Shown here piece by piece: positions 50,720 through 64,000 of a stretch of DNA of 64,000 bases. The DNA comes from Harriotta raleighana. Lineage: Eukaryota. The position numbers and the translations under genes are program-made. Below the pieces are notes generated by a model. It saw only the letters and a program-made list of their open reading frames with translations, ran no database searches and had not been told where the DNA came from. The stretch is taken from assembly GCA_050575255.1 (NCBI GenBank), contig JBNZDD010013686.1, forward strand, positions 5,809,468 through 5,873,467, given 5' to 3'. Every line of letters starts with the position of its first letter. Position 1 is the first letter of the stretch.

Positions 50720-51020
50720 CAGGTGCTGTACTTTGGACGAACCATCAAAACGAAAAGCCTTCAGTTGGATGTTAAGGATCCCATGATAATGTTTGAGAAG
50801 GGAAGGGAGTTTGAGAAGGCTAGGTTTGCTGGCCAACATTCCCCCTACATTAAAACTGGTTACTCACTTCATGGCTTTTTGAGGGAAATTGCTGCATGAA
50901 ATTGGCTGCCACGTTCAATCAATCAAAAAAAAACCAACAAGTATATACATCGACAACACAAAGCACTTTGAGATGCTTCAACAACAAAATAAGGCGCTGT
51001 TCCAATGGAAAGGATTATTA
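50720..51020 (+). mobile_element. Older Deu-SINE remnant
   Basis: ggatgttaaggatcccatg...gctggccaacatt...aaattggctgccacgtt...aagcactttgagatg. Confidence 0.6.
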
Positions 51021-53029
51021 TTCATTATTTTCATGATATTTTACAAGATAGTGAGATGATCCTTTTTGGTTGGGGGGGTTGGGGGTGGGTTGGAGGGGAG
51101 ACGGTTTGTGTAGGGGCTCTGTAGTTTCATCTTTCCGATTGAAGTCAAATAATTGGACGCAAAGTTGTTTTTCTGCAGCAGAAAGCAACAATAAAACTCT
51201 GGCTCCCTGCAGAGTGACATATTTCTGGAAAAGAATAGAAAAATTCTGGGTGTGATCACTCATTAAAACTGCATTAAGTGAGTGTGTGTGATGTATTTAT
51301 GTATGTAGTGACCTCTCCTTTCCCCCACCTCACTCTCTCCATCTCCCCTGCCGTGCTCCCATTAACCCCCGATGGAAAATGTGGGGAATGGGTGGATCGG
51401 ATTGAATTTTTTTCATTCCATAATATCCTCAATAACAATTCCCTTTTATTCGCCAGATTTGTCCAGTCTCCATCGGACATATTTCCAGTCTCTGACAGTG
51501 TGTCGGTGAGGTCGACTGTGTTGAACTTTCGATAAGTAGGTTATCTTTCAGCTGCTTATGAAATGATCTGAAAAGTGTCCCAAAGGGGGACTGGGGCAGT
51601 GGCGGGGAGGCTGGTGGGGGGTTGGGGTTGTGGTGGGGAGGGGAATGTTCAAAGAACAATGCTGTGATATAACTGTTTCTTAGGTCATCTTAGGAAGTAC
51701 CGACAACATAAATACCAGCAGATTTGGGTATGCGGTGGCTTAAATATACAACAACAACAAATTAATTACATTAGTGTACATGATCTGTGTGTAAATGTTA
51801 AAGAATTTCCAACTCTTAGTAGTAATATTGAGTGATAATATTGAGTGGAACCCAAGGGCAGAATTCTCACTGGATCCCATTCCAAGTTAAGGGGGGAAAT
51901 TATTGCAATCTTATTAAACAACAGCACCTAAAGTCACACAGCTACACACTCGAGATGCTAAGTACTGGCGATGCTGGATACAGATAGAGCACAACTCCCG
52001 GCGAGGCAGAGCCCAGTGTTTGCCATTGGTCATGACTGTTCAGACTAGTTTTAATACATGACAAGGCCATAGAAGGTGAAACCAGACAGCACTGAGGTCC
52101 AGTTCAGCTACACTTTTTTTTAATCAATGTATCATATAACAATACAGTACTAATAAACCTTGCATTTGATATAGAGCTTTGCATGTCCTCAAGAGGTCTC
52201 AAAGTGCTTCACAGAATATACTATAAAGTGAAATGACTGTAGATTTGTGGGCGAATCGCGGCAGCCAATTGCGCACAGCAGCGTCCCAATAACACTCTGT
52301 GACCAATTGAAATGACCAATTTTTTTTTTTGAGGGATTATTATTGGGGGGGTGGACAGACAGATTGGGGCCTGAGCAGAATGTATTGGATCTAATCTGGT
52401 TAATGGGGGTGACCAGGCTAAACAAACTCGTTCATCAATTAAAAAAAACCTCTCTCTGTGCTCATACCTCCTCACAGCAGCTCTCTCGCTACCATCCCCT
52501 TGCTCCCCAGCTCTCTTCCCTTCACCCCTCCAACCCCACCTCCTTGTTTCCCTGTTATCTCCATCACTCTGGCAGTGTTAATGAGAAACATTTAGGCAGG
52601 AGTTGCTGAGCCATTTATTTGCAGACTGGGACCAGTATGGGTACAGGCTGGGCTGCAGGTGCCTTGGCAGCGTATCTCACCACAGAGTCTTTGAAAACTT
52701 GATATTAGTAGCTTAACAGCTCCATCGGATATATTTACAGCTCGTAATGAAGACAAACGGCCTAAAATGAATTGCCTTGGGGACTTTTTATAGCAATGAA
52801 CAGCCAGGAGGTCAAATTGCCTGAGTGGTGAATCCTCACCACTCCAGCCTGTTTCTGGCTCGCTTCCTAACAGTGAGTCCTTGCATTATAATTTCAAGGG
52901 ATATCACCTGCATCCACACCCTGGACAGATTTGAGTGGTCAACCCATGGCCCGCGGGCTGGAAGTAGCCCACAGCGGGGGCCGTCAAGTAGTGACCCTCC
53001 TCCCCCCCATCCCACCAAACACTCACTCT

Positions 53030-53310
53030 GGAAGGAAGCAAGGCGGAGGGGTTGCGGGATGGAGTTCCACAGTGTGGGGGCAGAGAGGCTGAATGCCCGG
53101 CCACTGATGGTTGGGCGATAGGGTGTGGACGCGGAGCAGGCCTGAATCTGCTGAACGGAGGGTGCGGGCAGGCTGATAGGGAGACAGCAGGTCAGAGAGA
53201 TAGGCGGGGGCATGGCCTTGAAAGTGAGGACGAGGATCTTGAATTCGATCCTCTGGGGAAAGGGGAGCCAGTGTAGACGGACGAGAGTGGGAGTGATGTG
53301 ATCACAAAGC
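53030..53310 (-). mobile_element. L2-clade LINE ORF2 C-terminal fragment
   Basis: DHITPTLVRLHWLPFPQRIEFKILVLTFKA...GRAFSLSAPTLWNSIP. Confidence 0.92.
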
Positions 53311-56300
53311 GGGAAAGTACACAAGCTCAAAGACGCCTCAAAGTGCTTTGCAAAATATACTGTAAAGTGTATATGTGACTGTATATTTTGTGGATGAAAC
53401 GTGGCAGCCATTACCCGCAGCAATGTTAACCCACAGCAAACTGTTATGGATTGAGTGACCACATTTTTATTTGTGTACCTGGCTACTACAGAATACCACA
53501 ATGTATTACAGAATATACTGCAAAGTGTAGTGGGTATACATTTTGTGGAAAAAACATCAATTTATAGTGTGTTTCCCATTGTTTCTCAATGGAATATTTC
53601 TTGATTTGTGGCAGAATTCAAGATGTTTAAATGGGTTCCTTATATTGCAGGAATCAATCAACACCGAAACTGTGTGCAGTAAGCTGGGACCATTGTATGT
53701 AAACATTGCATTTTCTATAAAGACACATGGAAAATACTGAAAATACTGGTGGGTAGTTTAGGGGAAGTCCAAACTTCCATTCATGACCATCTGCCTGAGC
53801 CAGGAAGCAGCTGTCGTTCCATTTCCACCGTTTGATCTCTTTATAAATAGTTTTGAATCTAACAGATGGCAGATCATTCATCGAAGAGAAATCACATTGG
53901 AGCACACATTCCACCAAATCCAGTACCGCAGTCGCAATTACTTTGGTCTGAAATGAACGCACGTTATCATCGTACCTTATTGCCAAGATCGGTAAATATA
54001 TCTCCTATCTGCTCAATATGGGTCTATTCCAAATCCCAGTCTGTTTTGTGTTGTGCTAAACAATGACAAATCTGTCCTTATCACAACCTTATTACGTGAG
54101 AGGTTTTTTCCCCCCTTATTTTTGGATAACTGTCCAGGAAGATCTTTTACAGGATATAAATATGGGCCATTAATGTCCATGTGCGACTTCAATGAGCAAG
54201 ACTACATGCAGCAAGACAGCTGTGTCCTGTTAGTGAGGCTGGATCAAGCTATGTTGACGATAGGATTTGAGGCTGCAGTCGGTAAAATCAGCTCAGCAAG
54301 CAAAACAATGCTATGTGTGGAGCCCCGACTTTCAATCAGCATTGTACATTTAATCTTGTACATTTTCACCTATTCGCGTCTATGCATTGGGCATCTGCTT
54401 ATGAGCAGCAAACTGTGGCAGAGGTCGCATCATCAACAGATTCCCAAACATCCCATGGCCTCCAGCGCAGAGACTGGTCCAAAGATTCACACGAAATACG
54501 TGAAACAACAGAAACAACAGATTACATTGCTTTAATATAATAAAGCAATAATCTTTACATTTATATAGCGCTTTCCACGTGTTATCGACGTCTCAAAGCG
54601 CTTACATTGTTGTAGTGCTTTTCACGGCATTACCGCATGGACGCAGGCCATTTGGCCCCCAGCTGCGCCCTGTTAGCGATGGTGTGTATAGTCCACCTGT
54701 GCCTCATCACCTCTCACGTACCTTTCTTTTCCCTGTTGGGTGCTTCGAGTTTTACTGATGGCTGTTGGGAACATTGCAACACCTGAGTCCTTATTGGAGG
54801 GCAGTGCTGCACCTGATTCTACAGTTTGTTACTTCCGTTGTTGCATCAGGACCCTTTGCGTCACGCCCTCAACAAAATGTTCCTCTGGCCTTAGCCTATT
54901 CATAAATCACAGTCTAGTTTTTAACGCAATCTTGAATTGCTTCCAATAGCTTAACTACCTCGTTTAGTACCAGCGTCATGGTTCATTTATAATTCCCAAG
55001 TGTGCCCTATTAATAAGAATTAGTTCCATGTTGTTTTTGCTATCTTCCTTCCAATTCTAGGTCTTAGCTTATTGTCTGTTGTACTATGAGGTGTTTCCAA
55101 CTCTCTCGTGTTTTAATGATACTTACGTTACATTTTTCTTCTGTGCTCTCGCTACCAGATGCTCAAGTCAACTCAATTTCCCCCTTTATTTCAATATTCA
55201 ACTTTATGGTATTGGTGATTAAATTGAAGCTGTAAATTCATGTTTCAACATAGGCCAGACAGACTCAAAGCCAGACTTAAAGGGTGAAAGGACAGTTTGC
55301 TTTGCACCAAGAATATGTATATCGTGAGTGTTGCCTTGCGTTGCCGAAGTTGCATCTTTATAGAATTTAAGCAGTTTAGTTACAGTGAAAAGATTTCTGT
55401 TGGTCAATCGATTGCGAGCTACAGGTGTTTGACTCAACCACAACACAGCTAGCTAGCTGCGTTTCAGAATGAATCAGGTCATCATCTTAAAAACGTGAAG
55501 ATTACCAGCTAAAAAGACTGCCGATATGTGTGAAAAATTAAAATGTCGCCACAGGGAAATCAACCTTTTGTGTGGGTTCCACATTGTTGAATTGAATCAA
55601 AAGGCTATTATTTTAAAATAGGGCTCAGAGTTGTACATTTGCTTTGACAAACCTATCATTCACTCAGCACCTCGTATTTCTTTCTCTATGCTTTGGTCGA
55701 TGCAAAGGTCGTTGACGTGCAACACAATGTTTTTTTATTAGTTTATACCAAAGAGATCAAAACAGAACAAGGCCGGCCTGACACAGCAGTATTCTTCTCC
55801 TCACTTCCCCTTGAATTCTCGCCCGCTCTTTTAAATACCACCTTTTCCTTTTAGCCCCTTCAGCCCTTACTGCTGCAGCAACAATGCCAACTTGCACTTG
55901 TATGCAAAAGTGGTTAGAGCACTCGCCTTACAAGTGTGAGACCTGTGTTTGAATCCAGGCAGATCAGGGCAAAACCTTGGGCAAGTTTCCTTACTCCAGA
56001 TAGTGATATAGCTAAACGCTATATCAAACGTAAGGATTATTATTATTATTATATAACGCCCTCCATGCAGGGTAGTATCTCCGAGCGTTTACTATAATCA
56101 ACTAACTTGAGCTCCAGAGGGAGCATAACAAAGTACAGTGACCGAAACTTTAAGCTGATATGATAATCACATATAAATTTTGTAGCTGGAGAATTTCATA
56201 ACAGATTTACCAAATGAAAGACGCACAATATTGGTTTGGGACATCCTTTTGACATGACGAATCAAAAACAGATACAATTTGTTGTTGCTGTTGTTGGCTG

Positions 56301-59300
56301 GGCTATCGGGGAAGGCACAGAGTAGAGAGGCCACTTGCCGATGGGTTGGGTGGGGGAGGGAGTCAGGAGAAAAATTCTCTGATTTATTTTCGCACACTCG
56401 CTTTAGTGCTCTGTAAGGAACAACAATAACAACAACAACAAAATTACATTTATAGAGCGTGTTTCACGTCAGGAGGACGTCCCAAGGCGCTGGACAGTTG
56501 GTTTAAGACCCGAGCAGGGGGAAATGTTCAGGGCAAGGGGAGGGGAGAGGGTGGGAGCAAGGAGTGGGTAGAGACTCAAGAGGTATTGTCAAAGATCCCA
56601 GATGCCAGGCATTTTCCCATCATTAAGTAGCGTCAGTACTATTGGCTCTTCAATAAGATCATGTCAAGGATAAGTGCTGATAAAGGACGAATCCTCAACA
56701 CAGATCACTTCTCTTTCTCTCTTTCTGTTTTTCAGTCAGTCACATTGCTTCCCTGAGCTGTTGTTCCCAGACATTTCTATTGTCTGCCAATGATCAACAG
56801 TCGAGTGATGTCAACTTTCCACTGAGTGTTGTCAGCTTGACTCAGTTGTTAGCACTCTCGTTTCTGCTTTCGAAGCTTGTGAGTTCGAGCACCCCAACAG
56901 AACCTTGGCTAGAATTCTACAACGATAACAATCCTTGCATTTGATAAACCGCCCTTTCATGCCTTCAAGATGTCTCAGTGCTTTACAGAATTTACTGTAA
57001 AGTGAATTGACGGTATATTTGGTGGGCAAAATTCTCGTTCAATGCTGGCAAAATCGCTGCATTATAGGAGGTACCATCGATTGATTGTATGCTAGGTTGA
57101 GGTCCCTTATGGAAGAAGATAATGATTCCATGGTCCTATTTGAAATGGAATGTTTTCCTCTGGTATCAAGGATAAATTGCTCATTCACTTCACGACTTTA
57201 CTGCATGCAAATTGGCCACTGGGTTGCCGACAAATGAACAGTATGGTGGCAATTATCTGTCAAGTGTTTTTGATGTTAAAGCCCCTTTATCAATGGCAAG
57301 AATTATTATTTCTATTTATTAATTGCAGTGAAACGCTTGTGATGTCGGCAATCCCACATAAACCAGTCCCTTACTCAATTTATAATAATAATAATAATTG
57401 GACGGCTATTCGAGTATTTTGCACTTTCGAGATACTGTACTTTGGATAACTAATCAACTCTGATAAGTTGTCATTCGAGCTATTTCGCTTGGAGAGACGA
57501 GTTATAAGAGTTTCCCTCTGTAAATTGCATTTCGTCTAGTGGCACAGTCGAAAATGAGGCTGAAACTCAATTTACCCTAAGTAAACAGAACCAGGGGAAT
57601 GTAATGTGCTCACAAGACACAGCTCCGGTTGATAAAAGTGTAAAATTACAGAGGAATGCATTCTTGCGAAAGTAAGGTGGGTTTAAAAAAAACTGTACTG
57701 TAACATTTCCTTTAACTTAAACTGTGTTAACACACCTTCATTCCCATTTACTACTCACTGTTTCACTGCTCAGCCTGTTTACATGTATAGTCAGTATTTA
57801 TACAGTTGTGGATGTGAGTGCTGATAGATTGATGGGGATATTGTGCACTGTTTTCTATGGCACATACTCGTATGGGTTTCAGGATACAATAAAAATCCTG
57901 AAATCTCAATGGAAGTAGGATTGGGTGGGACTGTTTTTCATTTGCTTCAGTTAGTTGCCAAAGTGAACTCTTCCCCCCACTCAAACCCCCACCCCCCCCA
58001 CCAAACCCACTGTACATCCTATCAGTCGTCATCTGAATTGCTGCATAGTAATTATTAAATACTTAGAATGTCGGCTTATCCAGCTCCTAGCCTGGTACTG
58101 ATTAACCCTTTCCTATAGAGACTGTGTTGATAAAAGTTTGCTGGCCAGTGTAACCACACTGAGGATCCAAGCACAATGTAAATCCCAGAGCTGCGTTTTC
58201 TCAGGCAAGTGAAGAAAGTAAGAAAAGGCTCCAACAGTCCCCAATGTGAGAGCAATTTCCATTCATTGGATACACAATAACAAAAAGATCACAGCGTTAG
58301 GCCCATTTTTGGGACACTGGAATTTCTGTGCACAGTCAGCAATGAGCAGGTGGAATAATAATAATACTAATCCTTGCACTTGATATAGCGCTTTTCCTGT
58401 CTTATCGACGTCTCAAAACGCTTCACAGAAGATACTGTAAAGTGAATTGATTGTATATACTTGTGGGCGAAACGCAGCAGCCAATTGGGTTACCAGGAAG
58501 GCAAAAGACTTGTTTAAGAAATAGCTTGATGCTGTAATGAGAAGGCAACAGTGTGGATGGTGGCGGGGTGGGGGAGGTGGGGGGTGGGGGTGGGAGAGTA
58601 TTTCTGGAAAGATATCAAATGGGCCAAAGAGCCTTATTTATTCAAACCTCTATTTTAGTCCCTTGAACTGGACAGTGTCCATTGAGTTCCCCATCCAAAA
58701 GTGTAAGACACCCGGATGACCAAAAAGAAATCCGATCTCCTTTGCCTGTAATCACATTCCCAAGTTATTTAGCTCTTTGTTTGCGAGTTATTTTCGTACG
58801 TATTTCCACTGTGTGGATGGGTAAATAATAGCCAGCAAACTCTGTCACAATATCAGGGATAGAGCAACCTTGAACGTTTACTGGAAGCAGATCGTCACAT
58901 CACCACAGATTGTCTCTGCTTCCCTGATCCTTTCCTTATGAGCCATCCAAACGCTCCAGGACGCTACCCCGTGTGAAGGGTGCGATATAAATGCAAGTTG
59001 TTTCTATTGTATCCAATAAGCTCTTCAAACCAACGACTGATTTTGAGCACTTATCGTCAATATATGCTCCGCTTCAGCAAAGACCAAAGGCTGGTATTAT
59101 TTCATGACAGTCCAATAGTGTAATTGGTAATGTTTAACTTCTTTAAATACATAGTTACTTTAAGGAGATGCTGACTTCAAGCCGCCATGTGCATCACTTC
59201 CTCGCGTGTAAGCAGTGAATTACGTTATCAAGTGAATTGGTTGCTAACAAAGGAGGTGCCCCACATTAGAGGGCAAAATAGTGTTTAAAAATAATTCTAG

Positions 59301-59445
59301 GTACAGCCCAAATTTGTTTACTATGGGGGGTGAAATTTGTGGCATTTCCTGAGCCAATGTAAGTTTTCACAAGGGAACGAGCTCAGTATGAAACGCAGGC
59401 CTTTTCACTGTTTCACTTCTTCCGATGTTCAATATCTCCAGATTT

Positions 59446-59472
59446 TGACTGACTGACTGACTGACTGACTGA
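59446..59472. repeat. (GACT)n tetranucleotide microsatellite
   Basis: gactgactgactgactgactgact. Confidence 0.9.
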
Positions 59473-61012
59473 CCAACTGACTCTCGCATTAAACGTTCCT
59501 AGTTCTGATCTCCCGCTGTTTGGCAGCAAGCAAAACAGCATAATTATAAAATGTGTCTGGAAGTTACAGCAGTGGTATATTTCTGAGGGATTCCGTTCCC
59601 ACAAAGGCAAAGACAGCGATGGAATCACTTACTGGAGAAGCAAATAAATCTGGATAAATGGTTTCTGAGGCAGGGCATTTACTGAGAAATAAACCACCAA
59701 ATTACATCAGAACAGTACAGTACATGGAACAGGCAATGGGGGTTACGCCACATTTTTCAGCAAGCGATTGCGATTGTTTCTTTTTCACACAGTAGCTCAT
59801 CTGAATGCTACAAGCTGACTGGTTGGAAGATGTGCTTGATTCTTGACAGACAAACAAGGTGTCATTTGCACTGATTTCATTTGTTTATCGATCACATCTC
59901 AGGCTTTACCTGGATTTTACGCCATAATCCCAAAGAGGGATAAGGAAACAAATCTCTTCTTAATCAGTGGGCTGGACACCCGAATAACATTGGAAAATAA
60001 TCCTTTCTCCTCAGCCATCCATTGCTGTTCCACGTGTCTGACACGTGCGGAATCCCATCACAGTGCTTAAGAGTGTCCAGACCAAATTGAGAATTCCTTG
60101 CATCTCATCTACCCACGGAAATCTCACTCAGAGATTGTTGGAATGAAATGCTCTCCCTCTCTCCCCAGAAGGGTTCGCATTCTGTGAACATGATTCCGGG
60201 AATATATTAAGCACAGTTTGGCAGGAGCCACGGCTTGAGAACCGCAGGGTGTGTATTGGGGGTAACTGCGTGGAGTCTAACCAATGAATGGCTTGCATAA
60301 ACTTGCTCAAAACAATGGAGTGAAAAATTGTTTTTAAAAAAAAATTACTATCAAATGTGAAACCAAGATCCTGTCTCTCTCTGCTGAGGATTGAAAGTTC
60401 CGTGGAAAGAACTGACTCTATCAGTCCAGATCTTTTGCTCAGCAACCCTTTAGAGTGCTGGCTGTACGTCATTGCAAATGGGACTGTCAGATTTGAGATA
60501 TAGACAGTCTTGAAACATGAACTCCACGACCCAGGGATCGTAAAACTCGAGCTTTCCTTGCGATGCTTGATGGCATTTTCTTGGGAGGAGATTGTGGCTG
60601 CCCTCGACTTCAAAAAGCTTAATACGAACCAAATTCCTACAATAATAAATGACCGAAGAATGTCTCATTCACGTTGGCTGAAAACCCTGTGAAATCTGTT
60701 TCGACGAAGAAGAAGAATCTTTGAGTTTGATATAGCGGCTTTCGTGTCAAGAGGATGTCTCAAAGTGCTTCACAGGACTCACTGTTCATTGACTGTATCT
60801 TGTAGACAGACGCACAAGGGCAGTCAATTTTGCGGCAATGTTCTTTTCACTCCACAATCAACCGTGGAGTGAGTGACCACATTTTTTGGTGGTGGGAGGG
60901 GAGTGGGGGGGAGGATTTGTTGGCAGGGATACAGGGAGAAACTCCTCTTTTCAAAGAGTGTAATGGGATCTTTAATTCTCAAACTGAGACGACAAATCTA
61001 CTCAGTCAGATG

Positions 61013-61316
61013 TAATAATAATAATACTCCTCACGTCTTCCCGACCTCTCAAAGCGCTTCACAGAATATACTGTAAAGTGAATTCACTGTATATTTATGG
61101 GTGAAATGCAGCAGCCAATTGCACACAGCAGTGTCCCAAAAACTGTCGTGGTTTGAAATGACCAATTTTATTATTGTGTTTTTTTTTGAGGGATTATTAT
61201 TATTAGGCGTGTGTGTGGAGTAAGGAATCTTGCCCAAGGTTTTCCCCTGACCTGCCTGGATTCGAACACAGATTTCACGCTTGTAAGGCGAGTGTCTAAC
61301 CACTGAGCTATAGGAC
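61013..61316 (-). mobile_element. tRNA-derived Deu-core SINE
   Basis: Reverse-complement match to the family consensus. Confidence 0.9.
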
Positions 61317-61469
61317 TTTTTTACAGCAGATTTTGCACGATAGGACCGCATCAGCTCTTTGCCTTTGTCACAAACTGGAAGCGTTACGCAGCCCAGAAGC
61401 TTTCATGAACAAAACAACAACTAAGATTATATCTTTACAGCTGCGTTATTTTCCTCTCTGAGACGTCCT

Positions 61470-61758
61470 ACTTCCATCGGTGGCCGGGCTTTCAGCCTCT
61501 CTGCCCCCACTCTTTGGAGCTCCATCCCACGATCCCTTTGCCTTGCTCCCTCCATTGCCTCCTTCAAGGCCTGACTCAAGACCCTACTTTTTTGTCCGTG
61601 GCTTCAGGCACCCTCCTACCTTTCTGCCCTCCCTTATCCCAAACCTGCCCCCACCCCAACCCCTCCATGCTTGGCTCCTGACCTCTGACTGTTCAGCGCC
61701 TTGGGATCGTCCTTTGGACGTGAATGGTGCTCTCTAAAGGCAATGTTGTTGTTGTTGA
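61470..61758 (+). mobile_element. L2-clade LINE 3' fragment
   Basis: ccatcggtggccgggctttcagc...cagcgccttgggatcgtcc...(GTT)n. Confidence 0.85.
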
Positions 61759-62645
61759 AGTGACTGTGTGGATTTGAACCAGGGAACTGTGCCCTGGTTC
61801 ACAGACTGTGCCTTTCTCTCTGTTCAGAAAAGCTCACATAGTATTTGTTCAGTTGTAGGTGGCTGCCAAACAACATTTCATCGGCCAACTATGCTCACGG
61901 CTCCACAAATAACTCGGGACTTATCAGTATGAGGAGGCAGCGATTAGAGCCCATAAGAATAGCAGCTGCTGACATTGATGAATGGGCGTGTTTCAGAGTA
62001 TCCACCCGTACCCCATGCGGTTCCTGTTCCTGTTCAAAAAACATTTTCTTTTGTACATTGATGTTTGCTGTGTTTTCACCGCTGGCGTAGCTGACGCCAC
62101 GGTGTCGAATTTGATGCTCTGGGTAAGAAAAAGGAAAAGCCTTCAGTTGCGAAAACAACTGAGTGGGAGGCCTCCGCTTAGTGGAATTCCTATGGCTGTG
62201 CTGTTGCTTTTTGTGCTACGTTACAAGTTCCTGCCGTACACTCAATCAGTGTGGAGACATGCCTCTCATCTCAGCACTCAGCTTCACATCTTTTACACTG
62301 GCCTCTCTCTTTTTTTTTTTCGTGTGTCGAACGGGTCGGTTCCCTCTCTGTTTCAATCAGGTTACCTTCAGCAAATTTTGAAACGCTTTAGCGAAAAGTG
62401 GACGTGACTTAACTCAAACCATAAGTACACAGGAGTTTGGCTTGGAGACTCTCTCAGGCGGGGCAAATGGTTTCCGCGTGTGTCAGACACCCAGCTGACA
62501 TCCCTCCCCACTAAAAAATGATGATTTGTAAACAATTCTTTGTAATGTAATGGATCATTTCAATCAATTGGATCGAACGGGCACTGTAAGAGGCTTTCAC
62601 ACAAATTGGCAAGACACAGTTTTGGTTTGAATAAAAAGCTTAAAC

Positions 62646-62915
62646 GACAACAACAAAATTGCATTGATAGAGCGCCTTTCACGTCGGGAGGGCGTCCCAA
62701 GGTGCTGAACTGTCAGGTCTGGACCCGAGCAAGGGAGAGGGCTAACGTAGGGAGGAGGGGCAGGAGAGAGTTTAGAGGGGAGAGAGAGAGAGAGGTGGGA
62801 GAGCAGCAGAAGGCATGTTCAAAGAGGAGGGTCTTGAGACTGGCCTTGAAGGAGGCAAGGGAGGAAGCAAGGCGAAGGGACTATGGGATGGACTTCCAGA
62901 ATGTGGGGGCAGAGC
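62646..62915 (-). mobile_element. L2-clade LINE 3' fragment
   Basis: Close match to the 3' UTR and tail at 2950-3200. Confidence 0.85.
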
Positions 62916-63830
62916 TATAAACAAGATATGCACCCAGCAAACGCATGATGCAGGAGACCGTACGTAGAAAAATAGAGTGGCTAGATATTGAAAAAAAAAC
63001 TTTGCTTGTACAATTTGCCATCAAATTTAATATTGCCCAGATACTGGGATCCACAAAGTTAACATTGTTGAAGCACCATCGAAAGTACATTGAGCCACAT
63101 AGTTTTGATCCAATGGTACACTACAAAAACTGATTACTATCCAGTTCTTTCCCACTGAGGATGAGATGGGTCTTTGATCTCACGCCCCGCCGTGGTTTCA
63201 CAGTCTGCTGACGCTCTTGGTCCAAACCTCCCTCGTAAACGCTCACGGGTGGGTGTCTGTGGAATTGGATCCTTTGCAAGTGATGGGACTTCCAGGACAG
63301 GAGAAAATAAGGAGGCAAGATAATAAGTAAGAATTGTTTTTTTTATTGACTGGCCTGATGTTAACATTACTTAACGCTTACGTCAATCTTCTCTTGATGA
63401 CCTCGAGTAGTGAAGCCAGATCAAAATACTTCTCACTCTACTTCTTCCAAAACAAAAGGTGAAATAACAGGACATCTCCTTGATAAACATGTTAGACCCA
63501 GACAGATCACAAACGCTATTGCTCATGGAACAATTATTTCAAGTAGACTTTTTTTTAATAACGTGAACTCAAATGAAAGTGCATGAGAGTTTTATTCAGG
63601 AACAGCCTCGCTCAAAAGTGCTTTAGAGCCAAGCCAACTAACTTAACGATAGTTAGCTCTTAGGAGATGCATTCCAAGCACTTCTCTTCACTTGAAACCA
63701 TCAGACTGGCCTTTTGAAACTTTTAAAGAGTTCGTAATGTTTTTGTGAGCAAGGCCTTTACAAAGTCTGTGAGCGCTAACAGTTGAAATCCTAGGCCCTC
63801 CCCTTTTTCCTATTATATTCTCGAGTGTTT

Positions 63831-64000
63831 GAAGCTCCTGTAGCTCACTGGTTGAACACAGTAAGACCTGTGTTCAAATCCAAGCAGGTCAGAGCAAAAC
63901 CTTGGGCAAGTTTCCTTACTCCACACATGCCTAATAATAATCCCTCCAAAAAAAAATAAAAAAATTGGTCATTTCAATCCAACGACTGTTTGTGGGGACC
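63831..64000 (+). mobile_element. tRNA-derived Deu-core SINE, cut by window end
   Basis: gctcctgtagctcactggtt head through gactgtttgtgggga. Confidence 0.85.

Noticed and set aside
40156-53501. Long ORFs 40156-40761, 44511-45014, 47727-48182 and 52836-53501, and recurrent peptides such as [11 protein letters not shown]
   Set aside because: Read-through of SINE or L2 sequence plus chance open frames; no coherent gene structure.
53654-54535. ORFs 53654-53986 (minus) and 54053-54535 (plus) in unique-looking sequence
   Set aside because: No recognisable domain or convincing splice structure; cannot be supported without a homology search.
5809-64000. Many tRNA-like sequences (TAGCTCAGTGGTTAGAGC...GTTCGAATCC)
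   Set aside because: All continue into SINE body and tail; they are SINE heads, not tRNA genes.
31997-64000. Expected MSN (moesin) 3' exons on the minus strand
   Set aside because: No ERM C-terminal peptide found in the ORF track or by eye; the gene probably lies beyond the window.

Overview
Eukaryotic (jawed-vertebrate) genomic DNA, most likely a cartilaginous fish such as the elephant shark or a chimaera. That assignment is inferred from a dense tRNA-headed Deu-core SINE plus L2/CR1 LINE fragments. The six-frame ORF track is mostly noise; the real genes are spliced. I reconstructed by hand: (1) exons 2-13 of an intact heat-shock transcription factor on + (3526-11032, 506 codons plus stop; coding exon 1 not found, presumably left of the window), best read as HSF3; (2) a 7-exon type I membrane protein with one Ig V domain on + (15932-21131, ~284 aa), best read as VSIG4/CRIg-like, including a 22-nt microexon and a tail with a YxxM-x7-YxxM motif; (3) a mir-223 hairpin on the minus strand (~30702-30792) with a perfect mature 3p arm. 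The order HSF3 > VSIG4 > < mir-223 matches the tetrapod HEPH-HSF3-VSIG4-MIR223-MSN block. I found no protein-coding gene in the ~43 kb after the Ig gene; it holds SINEs, LINE remnants, a MITE, candidate myeloid regulatory elements, CNE-like blocks and one assembly artefact (duplicated contig ends around an N at 27102). No CRISPR or prokaryotic-type system is present.
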